From Scyliorhinus canicula (lineage: Eukaryota), in contig NC_052152.1 in the NCBI RefSeq assembly GCF_902713615.1, positions 139,984,815 through 140,048,814 of the forward strand: 64,000 nucleotides of DNA, in the 5' to 3' direction. The notes under the pieces were generated by a model, which saw only the letters and a program-made list of their open reading frames with translations, was not told the origin of the DNA and searched no databases. A program made the translations under genes and the position numbers. Position 1 is the first letter of the stretch; each line of letters begins with the position of its first letter. Below, one piece after another: positions 10,858 to 24,529 of the stretch.

Positions 10858-13461
10858 ATGGACAGCATCCGCCCTCCCCCGCAGTTCTGCATCGCCGGCA
10901 ACCTCGGTGCCAACTGGAAGATTTTCAAGCAGAAGTTCCAGCTATATCTTGAACACACTGACCTTGAGGCCGCATCGGATGCCAGGAAGATCACACTCTT
11001 CCTTTCTACAGCTGGGGACCACGCGATCCACATCTAAAACTCTCTCACCTTTGCTGAAGGCAAAGACAAGACAAAGTTTAAAACGGTACTGCTGAAGTTT
11101 GACAGCGACTGTGACATTGAGGTCAATGAGAGCTTTGAACGGTATGCTTTCCAGCAGAGGCTTCAGGGTAAGGATGAACCTTTTCAGTCCTTTTTAACCC
11201 ATCTCCGCATCCTCGCGCAGTCATGCAACTATGATTCAATCTACTGATTCCATGATCCGGGATCAGATCGTTTTCGGGGTCCACTCCGATCCCCTTCACC
11301 AGCTGCTCCTAAAAGTTAAGCAGCTCATCCTTACCATTGCCATCGAGACCTGCATCCTCCACGAGCACGCTAACAACCGGTACTCCCATATCAAGGCGGC
11401 AGAAACGGCACGGCAAAACCCCCACGATGCGGAACGGGTGCAGGCCATCAAACAAATGAAGGGCCTGAGTCTGGATGAGGGTAGCCATTTTGCATGCTTT
11501 TCCCGGGCACCAGCGCATGCGTGCCACAACCGAGGGGACGGCGAGACCGACGACCAGACCGCGCAAGCGTGCACGTCATTCGACTGCACTGCGCATATAC
11601 GGTGGCGCACGGAACGTCCTGACGTCGGCGCCATGAGTGTTCCAACTGTTGTTAAGCCCATTTTAAGTGGCAATGTCCCGCAAAACTTCGACGCTGTCTC
11701 CACTGTGGCAAGCTTGGCCACTAAGCAGCCCTTTGCAGATCAGCTCCACTGCCCAACACGCAGCAATCCCAGCCACAGCGCAGGAGCGTCCGGTCAGTAC
11801 AGCAACCCGTCACAGACTCCGACCCCGACAGTCTACCAGATCCCGACACTGAGGACCTCAAATCCCCATTCCGGGTGGGCATCATCACCAAGCATACGCT
11901 GCCTTTCCCAACGATGGTGACACAACTCCCAATTATGAGCATTGATCCGGACGACGAGTGGTGTGCCACTCTTACGGTTAACAAGGGTCGCATACGCTTC
12001 AGGCTGGAAACTGGCGCTTCAGTTTCATTTCAAACTCTGACCTTGACACCATCCCCGTCAAGCCAAGCATTCTTCCACTGGCCTGCCAGCTCCTCAACTG
12101 CAATGGCAATGCCATTGCTGCCAGTGGCTTATGCCAGCTTGCGGTGTCCCATCGTTCATCAAAAGCAACCCTGCGTTTTGAAATTGTAGGAACCAACAGA
12201 GCTTCCCTGCTCGGTACTCGGGCCTGCAAACTCCTGAACCTTGTGCAACGGGTTCACACCATGTTGTTCGAAGCGTGTTCGAAGGTATGGGCACACTCCC
12301 TTACCGATACAAAATCCTGTTGAAGCCAAATGCCACACCTGAGGTCCATGCACCGCGTCGGGTGCTGGCACCCCTTACGGACCGCCTCAAGCAGCAGCTG
12401 CAAGACCTCCAGGATCAGGGTATCATTTCTAAGGTCACGGAACCCACGGACTGGGTTAGCTTCATGGTTTGTGTCAAAAAGCCTTCAGGGGAACTTCGAA
12501 TCTGTATCGACCCCAAAGATTTGAACCGTAACATCATAAGACCATAAGACCATAAGACATAGGAGTGGAAGTAAGGCCATTCGGCCCATCGAGTCCACTC
12601 CGCCATTCAATCATGGCTGATGGGCATTTCAACTCCACCTACCAGCATTCTCCCCGTAGCCCTTAATTCCTCGCAACATCAAGAATTTATCTATCTCTGC
12701 CTTGAAGCCATTTAGCGTCCCGGCCTCCACTGCACTCCACGGCAATGAATTCCACAGGCCCACCACTCTCTGGCTGAAGAAATGTCTCCGCATTTCTGTT
12801 CTGAATTTACCCCCTCTAATTCTAAGGCTGTGCCCACGGGTCCTTGTCTCCTCGCCTAACGGAAACAGTTTCTTTGCGTCCACCCTTTCTAAGCCATGTA
12901 TTATCTTGTAAGTTTCTATTAGATCTCCCCTTAACCTTCTAAACTCCAATGAATACAATCCCAGGATCCTCAGCCGTTCATCATATGTTAGATCCGCCAT
13001 TCCAGGGATCATCCGTGTGAATCTCCGCTGGATACGCTCATGAGGGAACACTACGCTATACCTAAACGAGAAGAGCTAACCAGCAAAATGGCTCATGCCA
13101 AATTCTTCACGAAGCTGGATGCTTCCAAGGGGTTTTGGCAAATACAGCTGGACACGTCCAGTCAAAAGCTGTGCAGATTCAACACCCTGTTTGGTCGCTA
13201 CTGTTACAACCGAATGCCCTTCAGCATCATCTCCGCCTCAGAGGTGTTCCACCACATAATGGAACAAATGATGGAGGGCATCGAGGGTGTGCAAGTGTAC
13301 GTCGATGATATCATTATCTGGTCCACAACTCCTTAGGAACACGTCAATTGCCTCAAGCGGGTGTTCCACAGGATCCACGAGCATGGCCTCCGACTCAACA
13401 GAGCCAAATGCTCGTTCGTTCAACCAGAATTCGTCGCCCGCCACAGAGACTGAATTTATAG
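10858..13461 (+). pseudogene. Gypsy gag-pro-RT, with stops, frameshifts and a CR1 insertion
   Basis: MDSIRPPPQ..NWKIFKQKFQLYL; protease RFRLETGAS; RT WVSFMVCVKKPSGELRICIDPKDLN, KLDASKGFWQI, YVDDIII; C-terminus STRIRRPPQRLNL*. Confidence 0.9.
12538..13037 (-). mobile_element. 5'-truncated CR1 LINE inserted in the Gypsy RT
   Basis: ERIQRRFTRMIPG..RRLRGDLIETYKI..FFSQRVVGLWNSLP; short tandem tail CATAAGAC on +; target TCAT duplicated. Confidence 0.92.
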
Positions 13462-13660
13462 ACTGAAAGTTGCATTACCTTGTTATCTCATCGTTTACAC
13501 ATCTGTACATATCGTTTTTTTTTCTCATGTGTTATCTGCCCTCTATCTGCACTAGACACCTTCCCATGTAAATAAGTTTGCATATTCTGTATATAGTCAG
13601 GCTCCTGTACACATATTCACTCACTATTTATTGACCTGAACGCTTTAAAAGGGGGTGAGA

Positions 13661-14064
13661 TGTCATAATATACTTCTATGTATATAATGGAGTGCAGACA
13701 GGCAGTGATTGACACACAGGATGACCAGTGAACACACAGAACACAGCAGCCAATCACCAGACAGGACACGGCCACTATAAAGCCAGAGGGCAATAGTTTT
13801 CCCGCACTCTCGGGATCCAGCCTCTGCGACAGTCAGAGCTCGTGAGCAGCAACTAGAACAAACACCATGTGCTAGTAAGATAGTCTGGTCAGGTTAGCCT
13901 CAGGTCTCCAGCCAAGTCAGCACAGTGTCAACCCACAGTTAAAGCATGTATTATAGTTAAGTGTTCAATAAAATCGAGTTGCATGTCTTCAAGTGTTGGA
14001 AGCCTGTCTCTCTCACTACTGCAGTAAGCACAGACCTCGCAGACCCAGCTTACCCAACACATCA
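13661..14064 (+). repeat. 3' LTR
   Basis: Direct repeat of 10372-10775, about 24 substitutions counted by eye. Confidence 0.95.
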
Positions 14065-15294
14065 CCTATAAAAATATTTTCCAAAAAGAATATTACTCAT
14101 AAACCAGGAAGTTTTCCCCAACATGAACAAGCAGAGTACCACTCCAGTGGTTGTCTAGATTTGTGCCTTTTCCTTTCTGCCTGATACTGGACTGGGGATG
14201 ATAATTCCAACTGGAGATTGTGCTTCTGCATGGTGATTGCAATTGAAATGCTAATGAACACAGATATGGAAAACTGCTGATGGCTTTTTTTGACTAACAC
14301 AGAGCCTTTTCATTTCATTTACATTGGGGATGAAAGCAGAATTACTGACTACACAGCTCTCTGGCCAGCAAAGTGGCCCAATCACTGTCAACAGAGCTCA
14401 AGTTTATTTCTGCCCTGTGTCCAGTATAGAAAAGAAATGTGGCATTTCTCAATCTCAAGCAACATTTTCAGCGATGCCACGCATTGTATTAGTTGCAAAA
14501 TGAATAAATAGTTTATTCTGGAGTGGCTTTGCTTGAGCACGAATTGATCAATCCCAAAATGACAGTCGAAGGAATCAGCTGTCAGGTAAAAGCTGCAAAG
14601 TCAACTATTGGAGTCAATGACAACATAGCATCTGTGCAACAATATGCTGCTGCTAAAGAGTGTGCTTAGGGAAAGGTTTGACATTTTCTAATCAATCTGT
14701 TACATGTACTGCTGCCAGGCCTATCAGAAGTGGAGGCATTGTTGATACAGTTATAAAAACACTCTCGGTATCACAAACACCATACACCAATGACTGCTTG
14801 TCAGGTTAACATATAACTTTGATCCCAGAATCGCTAGAAAAACATTTGAAGGCTTAATTTACAAACCAGGAGCATCTTCAGACATTTCAGTGAATGGATG
14901 TTTGCTTCCAGTAGCTGAGCAGTGGAAATGTTGATTGCTTTTAAATCTATTGCCTCGTCCAGAAATTGTATGGTTCTGGGTAAATCCTACTTCCCTGACA
15001 TGACAGTGTAAATGAGTCATAGTGGAATTAAAGCTGCTGATATTGGTGTAGGCCAGGAACCCTGGGAGAGGGTGCTAGGAAATGGTGTTGAGAGTTATGT
15101 TGCCCCTGCCTAGCCCTCTGCCAAAGTATAACCAGCTGCCTGGTGTCTTTTGTACAAATGATCTGCTCCCGATGTCCAACAATAATGTTAAATCTGCAAA
15201 CTCACTGCATTGAAATTGCTTGTCAAGTAGATGTTGTTCTGGAGCATAAAATGCTAATTTTATCAAAGATGCAATAAAGAAAGATATAAGAAAG

Positions 15295-15725
15295 AACATG
15301 TTTATTTAGCATCTCTCATGACTTCAAACACTTTACCATCAATGTAAGTGCTTTTCAAGTTCAGTCACTTTTGCAATGAGGGCAATGTGACAGCCAATTC
15401 TACACAACAAGATCCCACAAACAACAATCTGATTGCGACAAGGTAACGTTATTTAGTAATATTGGTTAAGGATACTTATTGACCAGGGAACCAGGGGAAA
15501 CTTTTCTTCACATAGCACTATGGTGCCTTTTAGATCCACCTGAGAAGAAAGACAGGAGCTTGGTTTATCATCTTATCCAAAAGACAGCACCTCCACCAGT
15601 GCAGCGCTCCTTCAGTACTGAATTGGGTGCGTTGGCCAAGGTATTGTGCTAACCATTCTAGAATTGGACTGAAACCTATCACCAATGGGCTGGAAAGAAA
15701 ACGTACTGAACTGAGCCATGGCTGC
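15295..15725 (-). mobile_element. Deu-domain SINE (SacSINE1/AmnSINE1-like)
   Basis: Matches the reverse complement of the Deu core GGGATCTTG..AATTGGCTG..AGTGACT..CTTGAAAAG and the upstream CCACCTGAGA..AAAGACAGCACCTCC..CAGTACTG block. Confidence 0.75.
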
Positions 15726-15815
15726 CAGCACAAAGACTGGCAATAAATATCTATTTGATTGGTGGCAATCACATTTCTGCAACTAGTTCCAGTGCTTCTG
15801 ACCATCAAAGTCTAT

Positions 15816-16904
15816 GGGCCCGATTCTCCCCAAATATTTCAAAGTTAATTTGTGGCAGGTTTTTCAGGGAGGTTCGGCGAGTTCCCCATCACTATTCAAT
15901 GGCACCTAGTCACTTTTTGGGGGGTGTTCTCCTGGGTTTAGCCCACACTCCTGGCCTTATTGTCCTGCCCCGCCCACCACAAGGATGCCATGGGTCAGCC
16001 CCGTACAATGTAGAACTCCATTGACCTCGGACGGGATTCTCTGGTTACCGGGCGAAGGCAGCCGGAGAATCCCACCCTTAGAATTTTTTTTAGCACTTGG
16101 GAGCTGAAATCAGAGACACCATTTTGAAAGGTTGCCCCGATCTCTAAGTGAGTTTGTGGGTCCCCCACAACCCCCACCCATGGGCAATGTCACCCCCCAC
16201 ACACATGGACACAAGTCCACACCCGCCAAGTGAGAAAACCCCGCTATGGGGTCCCTGAGGGGCCCCCCACTTCAGGCCCACTCAAGTTCCCTCACCCTTC
16301 TAGGACGCCCATCCATCACCCAACCAACCTCCCAGAGGCCCCTACTTACCTGCCCTGCATTCCCCTACTCTTCAAATCCCCCCTCCACCCTCATTTTATA
16401 GGCATGGCCCCACTCGCACCCTAGCCCTTGTCAGTGTCACCCTGGCACCCAGGCAGCGCTCCTGCTGGCTTAGCAGTGCCATCCGGGCACCTTAGCAGTA
16501 CCAGGGTGGCATTGTCAAGGTGCCGCTGGGCAGTGCCAAGGTACCGGGTTCCAGGGGGAGGGCTAGGAAGCCACCCTGCACTTACCCTGACTACCCTGGT
16601 ATCTCCAGTGGCCTAGGAGACCCCCGGGTGCCGTTCGGCTTGGTCCACATTTGTTTGGACCAGCACTGATCAGGGCCTGGCTGCAGTCTCCCTGGGGAGG
16701 CCAAAGAATCAAGGGCGACCTACTTCCGTGAGCATCATTTGGTCCCGCCCATTTGGGGAGGGGTCCGACTCCGACATCTCGTGGTGCGTCGGAGAATCCT
16801 GAGAGGCACGGGGCCTGTCAGGAGGCTTGCTGGAGGCCTTTCCCAGCTTTTTCCGGCCTCGTTGTGGTCAAGCGAGAGCACAACGCTGCCGGAGATTCGC
16901 GCCC
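15816..16904. mobile_element. Non-autonomous Harbinger element (contains a nested MITE end near 15980-16078)
   Basis: TIRs GGGCCCGATTCTCC ... GGAGATTCGCGCCC; TSD TAT. Confidence 0.85.
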
Positions 16905-17035
16905 TATTTGTTTTAAATGAAAATTGAAAGCTTGCATCTAAGGGGAAATTTTTCTCCAATCAGGAAATTGGAGTCATACACTAATAAATGAGTTGCATTG
17001 GGAATCATGCTGAAAGCAACCGCGGGTTACCTGGA

Positions 17036-17262
17036 TGTTAGAACCGAGGTCCCGGAATCAGGTCCATACAGTTTCCCATGACCTCCCGGAAATGAACTTC
17101 CCCTTTAGCTTCCCTTTAACAAGGAGAGTCCCAGCTTGTATAAAAACCCTGCCCTGGATGCAGGTCAGGGAAGGACACCCTTAGGGTAATGTAATAAAAC
17201 TTGTTTATTAATTTCTACTGTTGTCTATGCGTTCTGCAATACTGAAGTTTGTTTCTAATACA
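17036..17262 (+). repeat. Possible short solo LTR
   Basis: TGTTAGAA...TTCTAATACA ends, TATAAAA and AATAAA in LTR order; no TSD found. Confidence 0.35.
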
Positions 17263-17639
17263 AGTAGCCCGCATTCGGTGCTATCTAAAGGTGCCTGCTC
17301 AAGTCAATCAATTCTAGTAGAACCTCCTGGCTTAGTAAAATGTCAAAGTGTTCGGTATTCAGTGCAGGTGTTGGAAACTAAGTACTGAAAATAATTAAAA
17401 TGAATAATTCTGTGATCCCAACTGTGGCATTAAAAAAAACTTTCCTTGGCACATTACTACCCACAGATAATGAAGTGATATCTTGCAGAACACTCTGACA
17501 CGGCTCCCCTAACAATCAGCAGAGCTGGAAGAAGTTTACAATTCTCATCAAATAAATGAGCAGCTGGTGGTACCTGCAAGAAATAATCAAATAACAATCT
17601 GTTTATACCATGAGTCAGGATGTAATCCTGTTGCCATAT

Positions 17640-18090
17640 CCGAACCTGTTCACCTTTTATCCCTTTGATCACTGATTTACATCTACACTGATTTACATCG
17701 GCTTCCAGTCCACCAATGCCTCAAATTTAGAATTCTCATTTCCATGATCAATCCCTCCATGGCTTAACCCCCTCGCCGCCCCCCCCCCCCCACCCCCCGC
17801 CGCCCCATACATAAAAACCTCTGTGAACTTTGCATTCCTTCGACTCTAGCCTCTTGTGCATCCCCCACATTTATCATTCCATCAATGGTCGTGTAACTTC
17901 AGCCGTCTCGGCCTTCAAATCGGCCTCCCTAAATCTCTTTGCCTCTCCAGTTCTCTCTCCCTTTAATCAATCTCTTTGACAAAATGTTTGGCTACATTTT
18001 GTCAAAATGGTTTCAATCTTGGCCTGTTCTTGCTCCTGTGATTTGGCTTGAGGCATTTTACTATGTTAACAGTGCAGTGTAAAGTAAAGA
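17640..18090 (+). mobile_element. L2 LINE 3' end, decayed
   Basis: Remnant of the L2 C-terminus (DLH-LPVHQ..KFRIL..SLHGL) and a 3' tail related to the DeuSINE tail. Confidence 0.65.
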
Positions 18091-18400
18091 TATTGGACGT
18101 GACAATACACCCAAAACCGGACTTAGATTTTTTTCCACTGAATTGTGCTCATTGTTTTCTAAATATTGTTCAATATTTTTCCAAAGTGTTAACACAGGAC
18201 AGTTGTTACAAAATGGTAGGCTTTTAAGTAGCACCTGAACTTTCAACACTTCGGTAAAGTGGGAGTAGATGATGCATTTTCCATGTCCTTTAAAAAGATA
18301 GTTAAAAATGATAACTCTTCCCTATCCAAGCATTCTAAAAATCTCCATTATCTGGGAGAGTGCTGCAAGTGGATAAGACTGTTCTGCTTGCCACTCAGTG

Positions 18401-19115
18401 GGGCGGGATTCTGCGACCTAGCGCCGGGTCGGTGAATCGGCGATGGGCCACGCAAATCCGCCATGCCGCCCCGACGCCGGCAAGCGATTCTCCGCTCTGC
18501 GGAGAATCGGTGCCATTGGCGCCGGCATGGTTGGCGCGGCGCTGGTCGATGGCCACTCTACGCGGCCGGCCCGCCGATTCTCCAGCCCAGATGGGCCAAG
18601 CGGCCATAAAAAAAGAGCCGAGTCCTGCCGGCGCCAATCTAACCTGCTCTGGGCTGGCAGGACCTCAGCGTGTAAGGGTCGGGTGGCGGCCTTTGGGGGG
18701 GCAAGGAGAGTACGACATGGGGGGGGGGGGCTCTCCGCTGTGGCCTGGCCCGCGATCGGGATCCACTGATCGGCGGGCCAGCCTCTGAGACTGGGGACCT
18801 CCTTTCCTACGCACCGGCCCCTGTAGTCCTGCGCCATGTTGTGTCGGTGGCCTTGAAGGAGACCACTGCGGATGTGCGCGTTGGCGCTGGTGCCACTGCG
18901 CATGTCCTCGTTGGTGCCGGCGCAACTGCACATCCGGGGATCCAGCAGTGCACAGTTCGCGCCGGGATCTGCGGCGCAAACCACTCCAGCGCCATGCTGG
19001 CCCCCTCCAGGGCCCCCTACAATAGTCGTGGGAGCGGCCCGTTCACGCCGTCGATAAAAGCAACAGCATTTATGACGGCGTGGACACTTTGCCGCGGGAT
19101 GTGAGAATCCTGCTC
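18401..19115. mobile_element. Harbinger-type MITE
   Basis: GGGCGGGATTCT ... GAGAATCCTGCTC; same family as 42925-43310; TSD not clean. Confidence 0.8.
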
Positions 19116-22100
19116 CAGATTCTCCATCCGGCGTCTAAGGGCGCGATTCAGGGGTGCCAAGTGAATAGCGGGAAAATCGAGGTGAACCATATTTAATTTA
19201 CTCAACCCTCTCCCGATGGCGATTTCCGGCTCCCACCCAAAAATGGTGAGAATATCATTAATCTTCATTTGCATTCATTTCAATCTCATTAACGAGATTG
19301 AAATTGAATGCAGTGGTCTCCCCGGAATTACCCGACTCCCTAGTGGGAAGTCACGTGGACGCGCTTAATGCTCCTTTTCAAAAATGTGAACTTGCCGCAA
19401 TGGCTACTGAGGGGAAGTGAGAAAGTGAGTAGACATTTCCATTTTCCGACATGCAGCCCAAGGGCTCTGGAGCTGCTTACCCAGTATTCAGGAGGTGTGG
19501 GGGCCCCATCAGGGGGTTGGGCTTTGTTGGGGGGTGGGCTGGAGTGTTGTAGGTCAGGGTCACCCCTGGACAGGTGGGAGTGTGGGACCTAGCGTCTGTG
19601 AGGCCTTCAAGTCATATCTAAATATTGTGGAGATGCAGAACATGGGCAAGCACAGCTGTCCAGAATACAACCCTGATGTGGCTTCTCTCATGGAATTCAA
19701 TTTCACTCCTTTTGACTGTGAGCAGCCTATAGCTTCACAGCTGAAGATTATTTCAAAGTAGGAATTAGCTTTGCTCGGTTAGATAGCACTTTGCTCTCAA
19801 CTCTCAAGTGCCTCCACGAGGGCACACGTGCCATGCCTCAGAGGATGATTAGTACAGTGCATGTCCAGCAAACGTTGAAGCCTGAACAATGTGCCTGAAT
19901 TCCAGGTGCATCAGCATCATAGAGGTAGCTGCCAATAATCAAACACTAAAGAGCAGGGCTTCAGCACTGTGGATCTTCTCACGGCCAAAGGGTGAGTGTC
20001 TGGATGAGCGGAGGGCAGCTGAGCACAGTCTCCCGTATGTTCCCAGCAGAGGACTGGGGTCTAGGGGTGCTTGATGTGACTGGGGCTGAGTGTGCAGAGC
20101 AAGGTTTGCCAGCTGGCCCACTGGATAGCACTCTGAGAGAAGGTGGGTTAGTTAATAGTGGGAGATGCTTGGTGGATTTGAGGGTCCCGGGGTGGAAGCC
20201 CTAACTGATTGTCCATCTCTCTCTTTTGCCAATTCCTTCCAGATAAAACAATGTTTTCTGGATTCGATTACACAGAGGCTGCCCTTGCATTGTTTGTGGC
20301 AACCGAGGTGGGCTGACACCGGAGATGGCAGCAATGCCAACACAGGCTGGAGGTGGCATCACAGGTGCAGTGGGCAGTGGCACACCCTGAAGACCCAGCC
20401 ACCCATCAGGTTGAGACCGAACTCAGAAGGGGAGGCTAGTGATGGCCCAATGTACAGGCATTGTTCAATGAGCTGACAGACACCATGTGCCACAGAGGGC
20501 TGCGTCTCAGCAGGGAGACAGTGTGGACTTAGTTCCTTGTGGAGGAAGACACCCGCTTCCAATGACCATGATGTCACTGCAGCCCTGCAATGCCACTGTG
20601 CCATTCCAGGGCTCGAGCGGGGACCTGTGTGGAATTTCATAGTCTTCCACCCACAGGTGCATCTGGGAGGTGGCGGATGCTCTGTATGCCCAGGCATCAG
20701 GCTGTATCACCTAGCAGGATTTTCTACTATCGCAGAATACCCCAGGTCCAACAGGCAACCAATGTCATGCATGTCACCCTGCGAGCACCAATGCAATAGG
20801 GAGTGCCTTATATTAACAGGAAAGGGTTCCACTCCCTGAATGTTCAGATCGTGCGTGATCACTGCCTCCGAGTCATGCACATGTGTCACTGCTACCCTGG
20901 AAGCGTGCATGAGTGCTACATCCTGGGGCACTCAGGGATCCCCAGTGTCTTCGAGGACCACCCTAGGCTGACAGGCTGGTTCATTGGGCATAACCAGCTG
21001 ATGACGCTGGTGTGGAGACTTGAGACCGGGGTGGAGGCCTGATACAATGAGGCCAATATTGATAACCCTGCTGTCGTTGAGTGGTGCATTGGCCTGCTAA
21101 AATTGCAGTTCCAATGCCTTGAGCACTCTGGCTGTGCCTTGCAGTACATCCCCCAATGCTTTGTGGTGGTCCACAATCTGGCACAGCAACGGGGCGACAT
21201 GCGGGAGAAGGAGGAGCAGGAGGAGGCGAAGGGACATGCGGCCTCACCTGAGGAGGAGGAGGCATTCCAGGAGGGGCTGGAGGATGAGCCCAAGGAGGTG
21301 CCGGAGGATGGAGGATAGGCAGTGGCAAGGGCCCGACATGCCAGAAGGACCAGGGAGGCTTTCATCATCTCTATATTCTTGGATGAAGCTGTGTCTGCGA
21401 ACTGAACCCCCCACCATCACAGTTTCCCTCCCCCCTCTAATAACCCCACCCCCATTTCTCTCCCTTCCCCCTAATCCCCCGTCCCCCCATTTCCTTCCAT
21501 CCCTCTTAATTCCCTGCCCTTTTCCCCACTCCCCTCCACCCAAACCCCCCCCCCCCCCACATTTTTCCCTCCCTCCCCCTATTCCCTGCTCCCCCGTCAC
21601 ACCAACCCCTCTCTGGCCATCCAGTTCCCCCGTCCAAGGGTCTGTGTAACATCAACCCAGGGTGTTGGCCCTGTGTTGGCACTGTCAGTGGGTCACCATA
21701 CAATGCAGGAAAGTAATGCTAACTCACTGTGAGGAAAGCTCTGGTACTCCTCAGTTTCTGCTGACTCTATTCTTTCTGCTGACAGTGCCAACTCCCCCTC
21801 GGAGGAATAGGGTGGCCCACCTTTCATTGAGAAGCCCTATGAGGTTGGCATTCCTAAAACAAGGAGCCGGTCTGCACTCAGCCATGCTTGTGTGTTGACT
21901 GGGAATGAGTGGTTAGGGAGCATTTAATAGCAGCTCCCCTTTTTTAGTGTTGAGCTGCTAAAGCGCGAGTCGTGTAAATCAGATGGCAAGGCAGCTAGTA
22001 ATGTTGAGAATCTCATGGAGGCTCAATGTTAGCACTAAATACCGTTGAATACGAACTGCAATCTCCCCATCACTGAAACACCCCTTCAAATACACCCAAA

Positions 22101-22135
22101 ACCGGACTTTGAAATGTTACCATTCAATCGGGCCT
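19116..22135. mobile_element. Decayed Harbinger transposon
   Basis: Partial left TIR GATTCTCC at ~19118; right end ..ACTTTGAAATG..AATCGGGCCT related to the terminus at 15816; internal transposase pseudogene. Confidence 0.75.
20400..21385 (+). pseudogene. Harbinger (HARBI1-like) transposase
   Basis: YINRKGFHSLNVQIV..YPGSVHECYIL..VVEWCIGLLK.QFQCLEHSGCALQY..HNLAQQRG, acidic tail. Confidence 0.88.
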
Positions 22136-23289
22136 TAAGTGTTACCGCCAGCGGAGAATTGGGACTGTGACACAGTGGAGCGGGAGCATCACCGCGGTGG
22201 GAATCTCATAGCTGGATTGTGCAAAAATATAGAGCGCCGAACATGCCGGTTTCGCTGCAGTTACTAGGGTCAGGCCTCCATTTTGAACAGATGCCCTAAT
22301 CCCAGAGTCCAGGCACAGGCCCTCCTCCACCCAAAAACACAAATATAGGCTCTCCACTGACAAAGACAGCACCCCTAACCCAATCAATGAGGGACAAATT
22401 CCCCCCATCATTGGTCAGCCCCCAACACCACTCACACATGCGAGCGACCCGAATCCCGCCACTCAATCCCCTTAACACCCCCTCAGTCCCTCCCTTAACC
22501 CCGCAACCTTCAGCCACCAATCCCCTTCAGCCACCCCCTGGCTCCTCCCCCTTCAGTTCCACGCTTCAGTCCCCACCCCCAGCATTGTAAATGGTGCACT
22601 GCCTCCTGGTACCACGGCACTGCAATCTTGACAGTGACTCCATAGCCTGGTGTGAATGACCCTAATCACGTTCAAAGGAGTTAGCCTATTGTGCATGTGC
22701 CCATCTGCTGCTGCCAGGCTTCACAGGGATGGTTCCCAAAGGTCCTGGGAGTTGGGTGGGCTCAGGCTCATCAGGGGTTGACCACATAACCCTCACCCTC
22801 GATGGGGATCCTGTGTCTGGGTTGCCCTGGGCAACCTGTAGATCATACTTGGCATGGTGATCTCAAGCAACCCTCTGTTCAAGATCTCCATCCTGGACTG
22901 ACATGTTTAAACTCTGAAGTGGCCTTCTCACTCTAAGCTGCTCTGCTTGACAGCTGAGGAGCAGACAAGACAGCTCTGTGAAGAATCAAGCCAGGAATAC
23001 TTGACACACCTCACATTTGCTCTACCAGCCATATGCTTTTGAAAGTGCTGATTTTTTCAAGTGCTAGAGCATTCCTAGAAAGCTCATAACATGTGAAAAG
23101 GCTTGAAATCCTCTGAGAAATTTTGAAGTGTGAAGCATTCATTCGGTTTTACAGCGCAAATCCTTTACCTAGCCTTTGATTGACAGCTCAATGCTTTAAA
23201 TGCAGCTGCCAGGAGATTTGTTTCTTTATTTTCCCTTCACGCTTGGATGTATCTGAAGTACCTTCCATTTATCTTAACTGCAATGTTTG

Positions 23290-23493
23290 TTTTTTTTAAA
23301 TTAGTGTACCCAATTAAATTTTTCCAATTAAGTGAGAATTTTCCTGCACATCTTTGGGTTGTGGAGGCAAAACCCACGCAAACACGGGGAGAATGTGCAA
23401 ACTCCACACGGACAGTGACCCAGAGCCAGGATCGAACCTGGGACCACGGCGCAGTGAGGCAGCAATGCTAACCACTGCACCACCATGCTGCCG
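23290..23493 (-). mobile_element. Short A-tailed HE1-related SINE
   Basis: HE1-like head and B-box, short body GGGTTTTGCCTCCACAACCCAAAGATG, A-rich tail; degenerate flanking duplication ACTGCAATGTTT/ACCGCAATATTT. Confidence 0.85.
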
Positions 23494-24529
23494 CCCCGCC
23501 CCCCCCCCCAACACCGCAATATTTATAAAATTCTTGTTATGATTGACTGCCACTGACCACTTCAAAGCAGCTAAGTGGTTTCACGTCCTCCTTTCTAATC
23601 GCAGAAAGCACTTAGCATTGTTCTAGCCTGTTCATTGCATTCTAATGAATGCAAATCAGCTGTTTGCATATTCCCGCGTGAAACCTGCTGTGGACAGAGG
23701 GGCGAGACCAGATACAAGACCATGTCAGAATAATACCAATAGTACAAGTTCATCTCTGTTTGACTGAGATAGATGGGGGGGGGGTGCTCCCTCCTTGCCC
23801 TGCCCCATAGAAAAATCACCACATGGTTCACTGACCCTTAAGAATGCTACCTGGAGAACAGGAATGGTGCCCGCCAGGTCAGAGCATAAACATTGACTTT
23901 GAATAGTTAATTACTCAAATTCCTAGTTTCTATACAGCAAATACCTATGTAATCTAATGTGACCCACAATGAGGCCACAATTGGCCTGTTATTTGGTGCA
24001 TACAAGCAGCTCCGATACATTGATGGGAGTTCAGAGCATTGCAGATGTTATTGATTTTGGAGGATTAAGTTCTGAAGGTGCCCAGTACTGATCATGGCTT
24101 CACTGGAGAAAGGTTAAGAAGGAACATGATTCAAGCAATGAAAGGAAGGGAAAATATCAAGATCAGTGGGATATTGAAATGACTCCATGTGCCATTTAGA
24201 GTTAATACATTCACATCAAAATTTCTGTGTGCACTATTGCACTGAAGTTACTGTTCCCTTTATGTTAAATCAGTAATTGAAATTGTGCACAGCTTGATGT
24301 TAATGGATTAGCCAACTCTCTAAAAATAACACACAGAGGAATTTCAATAAGAAGGGAAGTTAACTTTAACTGTGGTTACTGAGCTAAAGTAGAGAATATA
24401 AAATTAGAAAGCTGCAAGTCAGAAGACCTTTCTACCCACCCACCCAGTAGTGGCTAGGAGGATAACCAAACGCTGTTAGCGTTATATTGATTCCCTATTT
24501 TAAAAAGTAGCAAGATGAATAGGCGCTCA

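Larger units (their letters stand above)
10372..14064 (+). mobile_element. Gypsy LTR retrotransposon with two LTRs; RNase H and integrase deleted
   Basis: 404-bp LTRs 10372-10775 and 13661-14064; PBS TGGTACCAG at 10776; PPT AAAAGGGGGTGAGA; 5-bp TSD CCAAT/CCTAT. Confidence 0.93.
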
